Origin: Acidobacteriota bacterium
GTDB lineage: Bacteria; Acidobacteriota; Vicinamibacteria; Vicinamibacterales; CAVVIG01
NCBI GenBank assembly: GCA_016195265.1
Contig: JACPZW010000074.1
Coordinates: 29,651-93,650 of the forward strand
DNA: 64,000 nucleotides
Direction of reading: 5' to 3'
Positions within the stretch are counted from its first letter, which is position 1. Each line of letters opens with the position of its first letter. A program made the translations under genes and the position numbers. Positions 1 through 8,420 of the stretch are shown one piece after another. A model generated the notes under the pieces. It did no database searches. It saw nothing but the letters and a program-made list of their open reading frames with translations, and was not told the DNA's origin.

Positions 1-131
1 CCGACGCGCACGCGGCGGGGTTCGATCTCGACGATGTGATCGCCGCGCTCGGCGGATCACGTCGCTGACGGCAGGGACCCGCGAGGTCCGCGCGCGGGCC
101 ATAGCGGTCCCGGCGATAAGGAGGAATGCAC

Positions 132-1076
132 ATGGTGCCTGTGGTCTTCGCTGGTCGTCGTTCGGATGAGTCTGGCCGAAGCCTCGCGCGTGTCAACGTG
201 GTCGCGGCGGCGACGCTGCTCGGTTCGATCGTGCTTGGCGTCCTCGGACTGGTCGCCACACGCAACCCGATTCCGCTGGTGGTGATGGTGATCGCCGGCA
301 TCGTGCTCATGCAGGCGCCGCAGATCGCCGACCAATGGGAACGCGGCGTCGTCCTGCGATTCGGGCGGTTCATTGGACTGCGCGGGCCCGGGCTGTTCTG
401 GATCGTGCCCTTCATGGATCGCATGTCGTCGTGGATCGATCAGCGGACGATCACGACGAGCTTTGCCGCCGAACAGACGCTGACGTCGGACACGGTGCCG
501 GTCAACGTCGACGCCGTGCTCTTCTGGATGGTGCACGACGCACAGAAAGCCGCGCTCGAGGTCCAGGACTACGCGCAGGCCGTGAGCTGGGCGGCGCAGA
601 CCGCGCTGCGCGACATCATCGGCCGGACGACGCTCACCGATCTGCTGCGAGGCCGCGAGCGAATCGAAACCGAGTTGCAGCAACTGATCGATCAGCGGTC
701 GAACCCGTGGGGCGTGACGGTGTCGTCGGTCGAGATGCGCGACGTGGTGATTCCCGGCGCGCTGCAGGACGCGATGTCGCGCGAAGCGCAGGCCGCGCGC
801 GAGAAGGCCGCGCGCATCATCCTCGGCCAGGCGGAGATGGAGATCGCAAAGTCGTTTCAGGAGGCGGCCAAATCCTATGCAGATAACCCGGTAGCGCTGC
901 ACTTGCGCGCGATGAACATGTTGTACGAGGGTCTGAAGGAAAAGGGCGCGCTGATGCTGATCCCGAGCAGCGCGGTCGAGTCGATGGGCATGGGCGGATT
1001 GATGGGCGCCGCGGCGCTGCAGCAGCAACGGCTCACGGATTCCGGCGGCCCCAAGAACGATCCGAAAGTGAGCTGA
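132..1076 (+). CDS. SPFH/band-7 (stomatin/prohibitin-like) membrane protein
   Basis: An N-terminal TM stretch is followed by typical SPFH sequence (RGVVLRFGRF...GPGLFWIVPF...VDAVLFW...ALRDIIG). The track ORF starts at 126, but the AAGGAGG at 118-124 is better spaced for the ATG at 132. Confidence 0.85.
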   Translation: MVPVVFAGRRSDESGRSLARVNVVAAATLLGSIVLGVLGLVATRNPIPLVVMVIAGIVLMQAPQIADQWERGVVLRFGRFIGLRGPGLFWIVPFMDRMSSWIDQRTITTSFAAEQTLTSDTVPVNVDAVLFWMVHDAQKAALEVQDYAQAVSWAAQTALRDIIGRTTLTDLLRGRERIETELQQLIDQRSNPWGVTVSSVEMRDVVIPGALQDAMSREAQAAREKAARIILGQAEMEIAKSFQEAAKSYADNPVALHLRAMNMLYEGLKEKGALMLIPSSAVESMGMGGLMGAAALQQQRLTDSGGPKNDPKVS

Positions 1077-1077
1077 T

Positions 1078-2136
1078 ATGAAGACGCTTCCCTGGACGTT
1101 CTGGCTGCTCGCCGGCGTGTTCCTCAGCGTTCAGCAGGACCCGCCGCGGAAACCGATCGCGCCGATCGAGCCCGTCGCCGCGATCGTCGATGCGTTCAAG
1201 ATGCACCCAGTGATTGGGATGCAGGCCGGCGTGGGCCACACCGATGCGCGCGGGTTCGCGTTTGTCATCCCGCTGCTCCGCGACCCGCGCATCCAAGCGC
1301 TCGGCGTCGACGTCGCGATGGAAAACGGCAGCGCGCGCTATCAGACCGTGATGGATCGCTACACGCGCGGCGAGGACGTGCCCTACTCCGAACTGCGGCA
1401 CGTCTGGGACGACACGACGCAGCCACAGACGACGACGGCGATCGGCGACGTCAACCCGATCTATCGCGCGGTCCGCGAGATCAACGCGACGCTGCCGCGC
1501 GATCGGCAGATGCGCGCGCTCCTCGGCGATCCGCCCATCGAATGGGACAACGTGCACACCCGCGCAGACTTTCAGAAGTGGCTGGAGCAGCGTGATCCAA
1601 CCGGCGCGGCCGTCATCCAGCGGGAGTCGCTCGCGAAGGGCCGCCACACGCTCGCGCTCTACGGCTTCGGCCATTTGCAGCGCCGACAGCAGGCGACCAA
1701 CTACAACATGGACAGCCCGGTCGCGCAGACCGTGATCAGCCTGCTCGAAAGGTCAGGTGTGAAGACCTTCATCGTGGGAACCGGCGACGAAACCAACGGG
1801 ATGAATGGCTGGCCCGTCCCGAGCCTCGCGATCCTGCGCGGGACGACGCTCGGCGGGTCGGAGGTGCCGCAGAATCCGTTGCCCCGCGTCACGGTGCAGC
1901 CGGACGGAAGCTTCGTGCCGATTCCACGCGAGCAGTGGATTGGGATCCGCATGGAAGAACAGATGGACGCGATGCTGTACTTCGGTCCGAAGTCGACGGC
2001 GGCGCTCGCGCCGTTATCGCCGACCATCTGCTCGGATCCCGGCTACCTCGACACGCGCCTCGCGCGCATGGCCCTCACGGGCATCCCGCAGTTCGAGGCC
2101 GATCGCCTGAAGCAGTTCTGCGCCGGCGTGAAGTAG
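1078..2136 (+). CDS. secreted hypothetical protein
   Basis: 352-aa ORF with a signal-peptide-like N-terminus (MKTLPWTFWLLAGVFLS) and high third-position GC. It starts 2 nt after the SPFH stop. I recognised no family. Confidence 0.6.
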   Translation: MKTLPWTFWLLAGVFLSVQQDPPRKPIAPIEPVAAIVDAFKMHPVIGMQAGVGHTDARGFAFVIPLLRDPRIQALGVDVAMENGSARYQTVMDRYTRGEDVPYSELRHVWDDTTQPQTTTAIGDVNPIYRAVREINATLPRDRQMRALLGDPPIEWDNVHTRADFQKWLEQRDPTGAAVIQRESLAKGRHTLALYGFGHLQRRQQATNYNMDSPVAQTVISLLERSGVKTFIVGTGDETNGMNGWPVPSLAILRGTTLGGSEVPQNPLPRVTVQPDGSFVPIPREQWIGIRMEEQMDAMLYFGPKSTAALAPLSPTICSDPGYLDTRLARMALTGIPQFEADRLKQFCAGVK

Positions 2137-2150
2137 CGCTCGGCGCGCGC

Positions 2151-2267
2151 CTAGGCGGTGCGCGCTTTGGCGGCCGCCGCGATCAGCGCGCGAATGCGCT
2201 GGCGCCGCAGCATCTTGCGCTTGCGGTTGATCTGGAATCTCGAACGATCGCCGTTGCGTCGCGACAT
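2151..2267 (-). CDS. 38-aa highly basic small protein (hypothetical)
   Basis: Hand-translated as MSRRNGDRSRFQINRKRKMLRRQRIRALIAAAAKARTA. GGAGG lies 5 nt upstream of the ATG (rc of 2268-2280). It falls below the track's length cut-off. Confidence 0.35.
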   Translation of the reverse strand: MSRRNGDRSRFQINRKRKMLRRQRIRALIAAAAKARTA

Positions 2268-2573
2268 GCGGACCTCCTGAATGAACTAGACCTCAGAAGG
2301 CACGACAGCGACCACGGCCGGCGCCGCGAACAACTGCAGGACCTTTCCTTCCGCGACTTCAATCTGAGCGATGACGGTCCGCTTGTGCACGCCGTCCACT
2401 CTCGGGCGGCACCCACGAATCAACTGTGTCGAGCGGAGCGTCGAGAGCACGACGAAGGTAAACGCGCCCATACCGGCAGGACGTTGAATCACGGGACCCT
2501 CACTGCAAAGGCTTTGGTGAGGGCCAGGGCCGGCGGGCCGCAGTGCTCAGAAAAGCAGAAACGTCGACGCGCG

Positions 2574-2876
2574 TTACTTCTTGCGAGGCGTCACGCGCAA
2601 CGCACGCGCGCCGCTCACCCGATCCTCGAGCAGTTCGAACTTGACGTCGTCGCCCACGTGCAGATCGTTGAACGCCGTGCCGTCCCGCAGGTCGCCACGG
2701 TGAAAGTAGACCTCGCGATCATCTTTCAGACGGATGTACCCATGCCCCTGCCCCGTGAAGATCCGCGCGATGCGGCCGGTCGAGGGTTTTCCCCTGGGAT
2801 CGGTCGGCTGTGACGGCTTGCCCGGACGCTTCGGTGCGCCCGGGCGGCCGGAGCCGTACGAATACTCGGCGCTCAC
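2574..2876 (-). CDS. cold-shock-domain-like protein with basic Pro/Gly-rich N-terminal extension
   Basis: The C-terminal ~65 aa look like a CSD/OB fold (GRIARIFTGQGHGYIRLKDDREVYFH...GDDVKFEL). The RNP1 position reads QGHGYI rather than KGFGFI. Confidence 0.65.
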   Translation of the reverse strand: MSAEYSYGSGRPGAPKRPGKPSQPTDPRGKPSTGRIARIFTGQGHGYIRLKDDREVYFHRGDLRDGTAFNDLHVGDDVKFELLEDRVSGARALRVTPRKK

Positions 2877-2891
2877 TGGGTCTACCGCCAG

Positions 2892-3098
2892 TTAGGCCAC
2901 CCGAACGTTCTCGGCGCGGGGACCCTTCGGACCCTGTCCCTTTTCGAACGTGACCGACTGGCCTTCGCGCAGATCGTCGAAGCGCGTGTCGGCGCAGGCG
3001 GAGTTGTGGAAGAAGTACTCGTTGCCGTCGCTCGCCAGGATGAAGCCGAAGCCCTTGTCGCTGACGAGTCTCTTGATCGTGCCGCTCGTTGCTGCCAT
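2892..3098 (-). CDS. cold-shock protein (CspA family)
   Basis: 68 aa with the canonical motifs GTIKRLVSDKGFGFI and YFFHNS. GAGGAG lies upstream of the ATG. Confidence 0.92.
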   Translation of the reverse strand: MAATSGTIKRLVSDKGFGFILASDGNEYFFHNSACADTRFDDLREGQSVTFEKGQGPKGPRAENVRVA

Positions 3099-3287
3099 GT
3101 TGCCGTCTCCTCGATAGTTCCACGTGATAGCGAAAACGCGCTCTGGCAGGGTGGCTGGTCGCGTGGGAGGAATCCAACGCCTGCCCGAAGACCGGTCGGC
3201 GCTGGTAGACGCAGGCTGGCTTACGTGAGAGCGAGGTCCAAGTATACCTCTTTCGGCCGGGCTTAGATAGCCGTCATTACGAATACG
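3099..3287 (-). promoter_or_regulatory. about 190-nt promoter and leader region of the csp gene
   Basis: Non-coding gap between the stop of the PQQ dehydrogenase and the csp ATG. Long structured 5' leaders are usual for cspA-type genes. I could not call a promoter hexamer pair confidently. Confidence 0.3.
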
Positions 3288-4997
3288 TTATTCACGCAGG
3301 CCGAAGACGCAGAGCGACAGGCCCGAGATCGCCGTAACGTACTGTTTCCCATCGACTTCGTAGGTAATCGGGCCGCTCACGATCTGCGCGCCGAGACTGG
3401 CCTTCCACAGCAAGGTCCCGCTTCGCGCGTCCAGCGCCTGGAAGTAGCCCTCGCGTCCGCCGGTGAAAAGCACGTCCGACGCCGTCGTCAGGATGCCGCT
3501 GTCGGTGACGTCGGTCATCGGGAATTTCCACTTCTGCTCGCCAGTCGCCGCATCGAGCGCGAGGACGGCGCCCGTCGACGCCGCTTCCGTCCAGTTGTTG
3601 ATCGGCCCGCGGCGAATCCCGGGCACGGCGGGCGCGCCCGGCACCGGCACGAACGGACGATTGACGCCGCCGCCGAAGTTCCGTCCTTCCTGGTACTCGA
3701 CCGGCGTGCCGCCGAAGATCGTCGCGTAACCTTCCCACGCGGACACATAGAACATCCCGGTGTGCGGGCTGTACGACGGCGAGTACCAATTCGTGCCGCC
3801 CTGATTGCCCGGCCAGGTGGGCATGCCCGGCGGCTGCGGCGTCTGATTGGGACGCCCGCGCTCATCGAACGTGTCCATCCAGTTCACTTTCACGAACGGC
3901 TTGCCGACGAGAAACTTCCCGGTCTCGCGGTCGAGGACATAGAAGTTGCCGTTGCGATTCGCCCAGACCATCGCCTTCAGCGGCTGGCCGTGGAACGTGA
4001 TGTCGGCCAGCACCGGCACCTGCACCGAGTCGTAGTCGTAGCGGTCGTGCGGCGTGAACTGGTAGTGCCACCGCAACCGGCCCGCGTCCGCATCGAGCGC
4101 GACCACGGAATCGGTGTAGAGGTTGTCGCCGGGCCGCTGTTCGTTGTTCCAGTCGGGCCCGGCGTTGCCGACGCCCCAGTACGTCAGATTCAGCGCCGGA
4201 TCGTACGACCCGGTGACCCAGACCGAGCCGCCGCCGTGCTTCCACGCCTCGGGATCGCAGAAGGTACTCGACGCCGGAGGGCACGGCTTCCACGAGTCGC
4301 CGCCGGGCTCGTTCGGCGCGGGGATCGTGTAGAACCGCCACGCTTCCCTTCCGGTGCGCACGTCGTAGGCCGCGACGAAGCCGCGGATCCCGTACTCGCC
4401 TCCGCCGACGCCGACGATCACTTTGTCTTTGACGACGAGCGGCGCGTGCGTCACCGAGTAGCCGCCCTTGCTGTCGGCGACCGTCGTCTTCCAGAGCAGG
4501 CGGCCCGTCTTCGCGTCGATCGCGACCAGATGCGCGTCGAGCGTGCCCATGAAGAGCGTGTCGCCGAGAATCGCGAGGCCGCGATTGTTCGCGCCGCAGC
4601 AGACGATCAGCGTCGGATCCAGCTGGTGCCGGTAGATCCAGAAGACGCGGCCCGTCTTCGCATCGAGCGCGACGACGTCGTTCGGCCGCTGCGTGAGGTA
4701 CATGACGCCGTCGACGACGAGCGGCGACGTCTGCCACGCGCCGGCGACGGCGGCCTGGTACATCCACTTCAGCTCGAGGTTCTTCGCGTTCGCGGGCGTG
4801 ATCTGCGTGAGCCCGCTGTAGCGGTTGCTGAAGTAGCCTCCGGAGTAGATGAGCCAGTTGCGCGCTTCCCGCGCGGCATTCGCCAGACGATCGGATCCCA
4901 CTTGCGCCTGCACGCCGGCGACGGTGACGGTCAGCAACATCGTCAACAGGGCGAGGCGCACGCCGGACATTCCACTCACGCGGCGCGTCATGATCAT
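3288..4997 (-). CDS. PQQ-dependent alcohol dehydrogenase (methanol/ethanol family), lanthanide-type signature
   Basis: The real start is MIMTRRVSGMSGVRLALL (signal peptide). The upstream 212 codons of track ORF 3288..5633 overlap the cytochrome gene in another frame. It has propeller W-motifs, a vicinal CC (LIVCCGANNRG) and HDRYDYDS. Confidence 0.9.
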   Translation of the reverse strand: MIMTRRVSGMSGVRLALLTMLLTVTVAGVQAQVGSDRLANAAREARNWLIYSGGYFSNRYSGLTQITPANAKNLELKWMYQAAVAGAWQTSPLVVDGVMYLTQRPNDVVALDAKTGRVFWIYRHQLDPTLIVCCGANNRGLAILGDTLFMGTLDAHLVAIDAKTGRLLWKTTVADSKGGYSVTHAPLVVKDKVIVGVGGGEYGIRGFVAAYDVRTGREAWRFYTIPAPNEPGGDSWKPCPPASSTFCDPEAWKHGGGSVWVTGSYDPALNLTYWGVGNAGPDWNNEQRPGDNLYTDSVVALDADAGRLRWHYQFTPHDRYDYDSVQVPVLADITFHGQPLKAMVWANRNGNFYVLDRETGKFLVGKPFVKVNWMDTFDERGRPNQTPQPPGMPTWPGNQGGTNWYSPSYSPHTGMFYVSAWEGYATIFGGTPVEYQEGRNFGGGVNRPFVPVPGAPAVPGIRRGPINNWTEAASTGAVLALDAATGEQKWKFPMTDVTDSGILTTASDVLFTGGREGYFQALDARSGTLLWKASLGAQIVSGPITYEVDGKQYVTAISGLSLCVFGLRE

Positions 4998-5791
4998 CGT
5001 CCCTTCAGCGAAAGCAGATAAGCCACGACGTCGGCGAGCTCGGCGTCGGTCAGCGTGCTCTTGTACGACGGCATCGGCGACACCGTGAGGATCGTGTACT
5101 CGCGCAGATCGCTCTTGACGAACGAGACCAATCGCTCCTGATCGTCGATGAGCTGGACGGTGTACGTGTCCTCGTTGAGCCGCCGCCCGTTGATCACCTT
5201 GCCGTCGCGCGTGACGACGCGGACGGGGCGGTTGATCGGAAACATCTGGCTCGTCGGTTCGGTCAGCGAGCGCAGGAGCGACCCCGCGCTGCGCGTGGCG
5301 CCGACGTCGCTCAGGTCCGGTGCCGCGCGCGAGCCTTGATCTCCGACGCGATGGCAGCGCGCGCACGTGCCTTTGCCGTCGAACACGGCGCGTCCGCGGT
5401 CCGCGTCGCCGGGCTTCACCGACCCGCGGTCGAACGAGTTCATGTTGCGCAGATACGCGACGATCCCGGCGAGCTCGGACTGATCGAGCTTGAACGCCTG
5501 CATCCCCGTGCCTTGGATGCCGGCCGTGACGACGCGCGTCAGATCTTGATCGGTGACCGCATTGCGGAACCTGCCGCTGCGCAGGTCCACGCCGCCCACG
5601 CCGTCGCCGTTCGCGCCGTGGCACGTCGTGCACTGGGCGTCGTACAGGCGCGCGCCGTATGCGATGTCGGCGGGCGCGTATTCGCCGGGATGCGCCGCGG
5701 CTTGCGGTTGAGCGGAGACGCGGACGATGAACGGCGGACCCGCGATCGCGAGGCCCAGTAGAGCCCCAAAAAGCAGCGTGTGTGCGCGCAC
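4994..5791 (-). CDS. dihaem c-type cytochrome
   Basis: Two CXXCH motifs (CTTCH, CARCH). The GTG start at 5791 is preceded by GGAGGGG and gives a signal-peptide-like N-terminus (VRAHTLLFGALLGLAIAG). Its TGA overlaps the dehydrogenase ATG (ATGA). Confidence 0.8.
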   Translation of the reverse strand: MRAHTLLFGALLGLAIAGPPFIVRVSAQPQAAAHPGEYAPADIAYGARLYDAQCTTCHGANGDGVGGVDLRSGRFRNAVTDQDLTRVVTAGIQGTGMQAFKLDQSELAGIVAYLRNMNSFDRGSVKPGDADRGRAVFDGKGTCARCHRVGDQGSRAAPDLSDVGATRSAGSLLRSLTEPTSQMFPINRPVRVVTRDGKVINGRRLNEDTYTVQLIDDQERLVSFVKSDLREYTILTVSPMPSYKSTLTDAELADVVAYLLSLKGR

Positions 5792-5882
5792 GTGACCCCT
5801 CCGGTCGGGCCGATTATAGACCCCGACCGTCCGGACGCAATGCCGCCGCTCCTGTGCAGAGTGAACGCGCGACCCGCGCGCG

Positions 5883-5987
5883 CTACTTGCCGGCGTCGTC
5901 GAAATGGCTGACCGTCGTGAAGAGCACCACCGCGGCAAGCGCGCTGAAGCCGGCCGCAAAGAAGGCGACGCAGTAGGTAACGAGCAT
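5883..5987 (-). CDS. 34-aa hydrophobic peptide (single predicted TM)
   Basis: MLVTYCVAFFAAGFSALAAVVLFTTVSHFDDAGK. GGAGGG lies 6 nt upstream of the ATG. It is transcribed in the same direction as the cytochrome and PQQ dehydrogenase. Confidence 0.4.
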   Translation of the reverse strand: MLVTYCVAFFAAGFSALAAVVLFTTVSHFDDAGK

Positions 5988-6296
5988 TGGAATCCCTCCA
6001 GGACGAAGTGATTCCGGCGGGAGCAAACGCGGTGCCCGTCCCACAAGCGATGGATTCAGAGGACTTACCGCTGTTTGGTCCAGGCGGGCCACGCGCGCTG
6101 CCGGATTTTCGTCAGCGCGAGAATCGCTCGGGCGTCGGAGCAGGCCGAAGCAAGGCTGACGACGAGCGGGCGACTGTTGAACTCACACGACCCGGCAAGT
6201 CCCGCGCTATCCGAACGGGCTCACACGCGGCGAGCGATCATCGATGTTCGCGTTCTGCTTCGTGCCGGAAGATGTTTTCGGGGGCGCTTGACGAGT

Positions 6297-6373
<77 letters not shown>

Positions 6374-6391
6374 TCACCTGAGGAATTCCTA

Positions 6392-6420
6392 ATGTTAGCA
6401 TAGGCACTCGCCGCGTCCAA
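6392..6420 (-). promoter_or_regulatory. putative sigma70-like promoter for the tRNA
   Basis: On the minus strand the sequence reads TTGGAC, a 17-nt spacer, then TAACAT. The -10 hexamer ends 18 nt upstream of tRNA position 1. Confidence 0.35.
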
Positions 6421-6429
6421 GGAGATCAG

Positions 6430-7407
6430 ATGTCCCGCCACGCGCCCATCACGGCGATCGTCGCCCTGTCGACTGCGCTCGGCGCGCCGCCGCCCGGCGC
6501 GCAGGTCGTGACCGGACGCGTCGAAGGCGCGCGCGTAATCCAGCAGAATCCCGTCGTGCGCACGGCCGATCCGATCAAACGCGGACTGCAGTTGACCGAT
6601 TTCCCGCGCACGCTGAAGCTCACCGACAACGTCTACACCTACGAGGACTTCCACAGCGGCGACGAGAAGTTCACGACGACGAACATGTTCGTCGTCACGG
6701 ACGAGGGCGTGGTGGTCGCGGATGGTCAGGGCAGCCCCGCCGAAACGAAAGGCCTCGTCGACGCGATCGCCAGGGTCACCGCGCAGCCGATCAGGTACGT
6801 CGTCATCTGCTCGGACCACGGCGATCACACGGCCGGCAACGCGTCCTTCCCCGCCGGCGTCACCTACATCATTCATCCGACGTCAAAAGCGATCCTCGAC
6901 GCCTCCAGGAATGGGTGGAAGCCGCCGGCCAACGCCATCCTCGTCACCGACCGCTACTCCTTCAGGCTCGGCGCTGAAAGCATCGACGTCTTCTTCCTCG
7001 GCCGCGCGCACACAGGCGGCGACCTGAGCGTCGCCGTGCCGAGGCAGAAGATTCTGTTCCTCAGCGAGACGTTCCTGAACCGCGTCTTCCCCGCCATGCG
7101 ATCCGCCTATCCGGCCGAGTGGCTGCGCGCGCTCGACAAGGCCGAAGCGATGAAGGCGAACATCTACATCGCGGGGCATGGCTTCACGGAGCTCGGCCCG
7201 GTGTCGCGTGAAGAACTCACTGCGTATCACAAGGCGTTGCGAGCCGTGATTGCCGAAGCGACGCGCCTCCACAACCGTGGCGTATCGGTTGACGACGCGA
7301 TCACGCAGGCTGACTGGGGCGAGTACGCAACGTGGACGCTGGCTTCGTCCCAGGGACCGATCGCCATCCGAAGGGTGTACGACGAGATGGACGGGAAGCT
7401 GAAGTGA
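6430..7407 (+). CDS. MBL-fold metallo-hydrolase, secreted
   Basis: Signal peptide and an HxHxDH-type motif (SDHGDHTAGN). GGAG lies upstream of the ATG. Confidence 0.85.
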   Translation: MSRHAPITAIVALSTALGAPPPGAQVVTGRVEGARVIQQNPVVRTADPIKRGLQLTDFPRTLKLTDNVYTYEDFHSGDEKFTTTNMFVVTDEGVVVADGQGSPAETKGLVDAIARVTAQPIRYVVICSDHGDHTAGNASFPAGVTYIIHPTSKAILDASRNGWKPPANAILVTDRYSFRLGAESIDVFFLGRAHTGGDLSVAVPRQKILFLSETFLNRVFPAMRSAYPAEWLRALDKAEAMKANIYIAGHGFTELGPVSREELTAYHKALRAVIAEATRLHNRGVSVDDAITQADWGEYATWTLASSQGPIAIRRVYDEMDGKLK

Positions 7408-7408
7408 A

Positions 7409-7460
7409 TTTGAGGATGTGAGGATGTGAGGATGTGTGGATTTGAGGATGTGGGGATTTG
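7409..7460. repeat. imperfect tandem octamer tract (GAGGATGT)n
   Basis: tttGAGGATGTGAGGATGTGAGGATGTGTGGATTTGAGGATGTGGGGATTTG. It fills the whole gap between the MBL stop and the TTG start of the next gene. Confidence 0.85.
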
Positions 7461-8420
7461 AACCTGCCTGCATTCGAAGACGTCGATAGCGCCGCGCGGC
7501 AGATTGCCGGCGTCGCGCATCGGACGCTGGTCGCCACGTCGCGCACGGTGGACGCGCGCACGGGCGCGACGGTCTTCTTCAAGTGCGAGAACCTGCAGCG
7601 CGGCGGCGCCTTCAAGTTCCGCGGCGCCTACAACGCGCTGTCGCGCCTGACGGCTGACGAGCGGCGACGCGGCGTCGTCACGTTCTCGTCCGGCAATCAC
7701 GCGCAGGCGATCGCGCTAGCCGGCCAGGTCCTGAACATCCCGCGCGTCATCGTCATGCCGTCGGACGCGCCATCGGTGAAGCGCGTCGCCACCGAGGGCT
7801 ACGGCGGCGAGGTCGTCCTCTACGATCGCGACACGGAAGATCGTGAAGCGATCGGCCGCCGACTTGCGCGGGACCGCGGGCTGACGCTGATTCCGCCGTA
7901 CGATCATCCGCACATCATTGCCGGCCAGGGCACGGCCGCGCGCGAACTGATCGAGGAAGTCGGCGCACTGGACTTTCTGTTCGCGCCCTGCGGCGGGGGC
8001 GGACTACTGTCGGGCTCGGCGATCGCCGCGCGCGCGATGGCGCCGGGCTGCATGGTGATCGGCGTCGAGCCGGCCGCAGGCGATGATGCCGTGCGGTCGT
8101 TTCGAACGAAGACGTTGCAGACGGTCAAGAATCCGAAGACGGTCGCCGACGGCGCGCGCACGCCGTCGCTCGGGTCGCTCACCTTCCCGCTGGTCCTGCA
8201 ATACGTCAGCGACATGACGTCGGTGGACGATCCCACGCTGCTCGAGACGATGTTCTATCTCTGGGAGCGGCTGAAACTCGTCGTCGAGCCGACCGGCGCG
8301 CTCGGCGCCGCGGCCGCGCTCGACGGATCGTTTCCGATTCGCGGAAAGCGGGTCGGGATCATCCTGAGCGGCGGCAACGTCGATCTGGCGCAGTTGCCGG
8401 AATGGATCGGCCGCCGATGA
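7458..8420 (+). CDS. PLP-dependent threonine/serine dehydratase family (serine racemase / threo-3-hydroxyaspartate ammonia-lyase-like)
   Basis: FFKCENLQRGGAFKFRGA (PLP lysine motif) and SSGNHAQA. It uses a TTG start. Confidence 0.85.
   Translation: MNLPAFEDVDSAARQIAGVAHRTLVATSRTVDARTGATVFFKCENLQRGGAFKFRGAYNALSRLTADERRRGVVTFSSGNHAQAIALAGQVLNIPRVIVMPSDAPSVKRVATEGYGGEVVLYDRDTEDREAIGRRLARDRGLTLIPPYDHPHIIAGQGTAARELIEEVGALDFLFAPCGGGGLLSGSAIAARAMAPGCMVIGVEPAAGDDAVRSFRTKTLQTVKNPKTVADGARTPSLGSLTFPLVLQYVSDMTSVDDPTLLETMFYLWERLKLVVEPTGALGAAAALDGSFPIRGKRVGIILSGGNVDLAQLPEWIGRR

Noticed and set aside
1-125. Possible 3' end of an upstream gene at the window start
   Set aside because: It is too short to recognise any family, and no frame is demonstrably coding.
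57-1028. Long antisense ORFs opposite clearly recognisable genes: 57..1028, 3762..5021, 8255..9940, 10827..11672, 13724..14917, 17956..19515, 19566..21158, 21018..22157, 35810..36811, 38031..39608, 39643..40845, 44202..45830, 45418..46653, 46826..47620, 48746..50143, 50140..51876, 52123..53187, 53499..54680, 55338..56411, 59181..60662 and 61533..62657
   Set aside because: Each overlaps, on the opposite strand or in another frame, a gene with strong family motifs. All are Arg/Pro/Gly-rich and low in complexity, with no motifs. This is expected from stop-codon depletion at this GC content.
2330-2420. SRP-RNA-like GGAAGGAA segment (gtcgcGGAAGGAAaggtcctgcag on the minus strand) in the gap below the csp genes
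   Set aside because: The flanking bases do not form the conserved helix-8 closing pairs or the symmetric loop partner, so the resemblance is limited to a purine run.
4998-5633. N-terminal 212-codon extension of the PQQ dehydrogenase ORF, and similar extensions of 33621..36083, 41133..43922, 31304..33427, 32096..33610, 48674..50320, 51576..52298, 60793..61797, 47137..48594 and 46451..47635
   Set aside because: The extensions overlap the upstream gene in another frame and are Arg-rich. Internal starts give proper signal peptides or family-typical N-termini, often with SD sequences or ATGA, GTGA or TGATG coupling to the upstream stop.
7409-7460. Tandem short repeats considered as possible CRISPR arrays (also 19540-19582, 30886-30977, 53401-53453, 56093-56126)
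   Set aside because: The units are 7-8 nt and contiguous with no spacers. There are no cas genes in the window. They are microsatellite-like tracts, not CRISPR.
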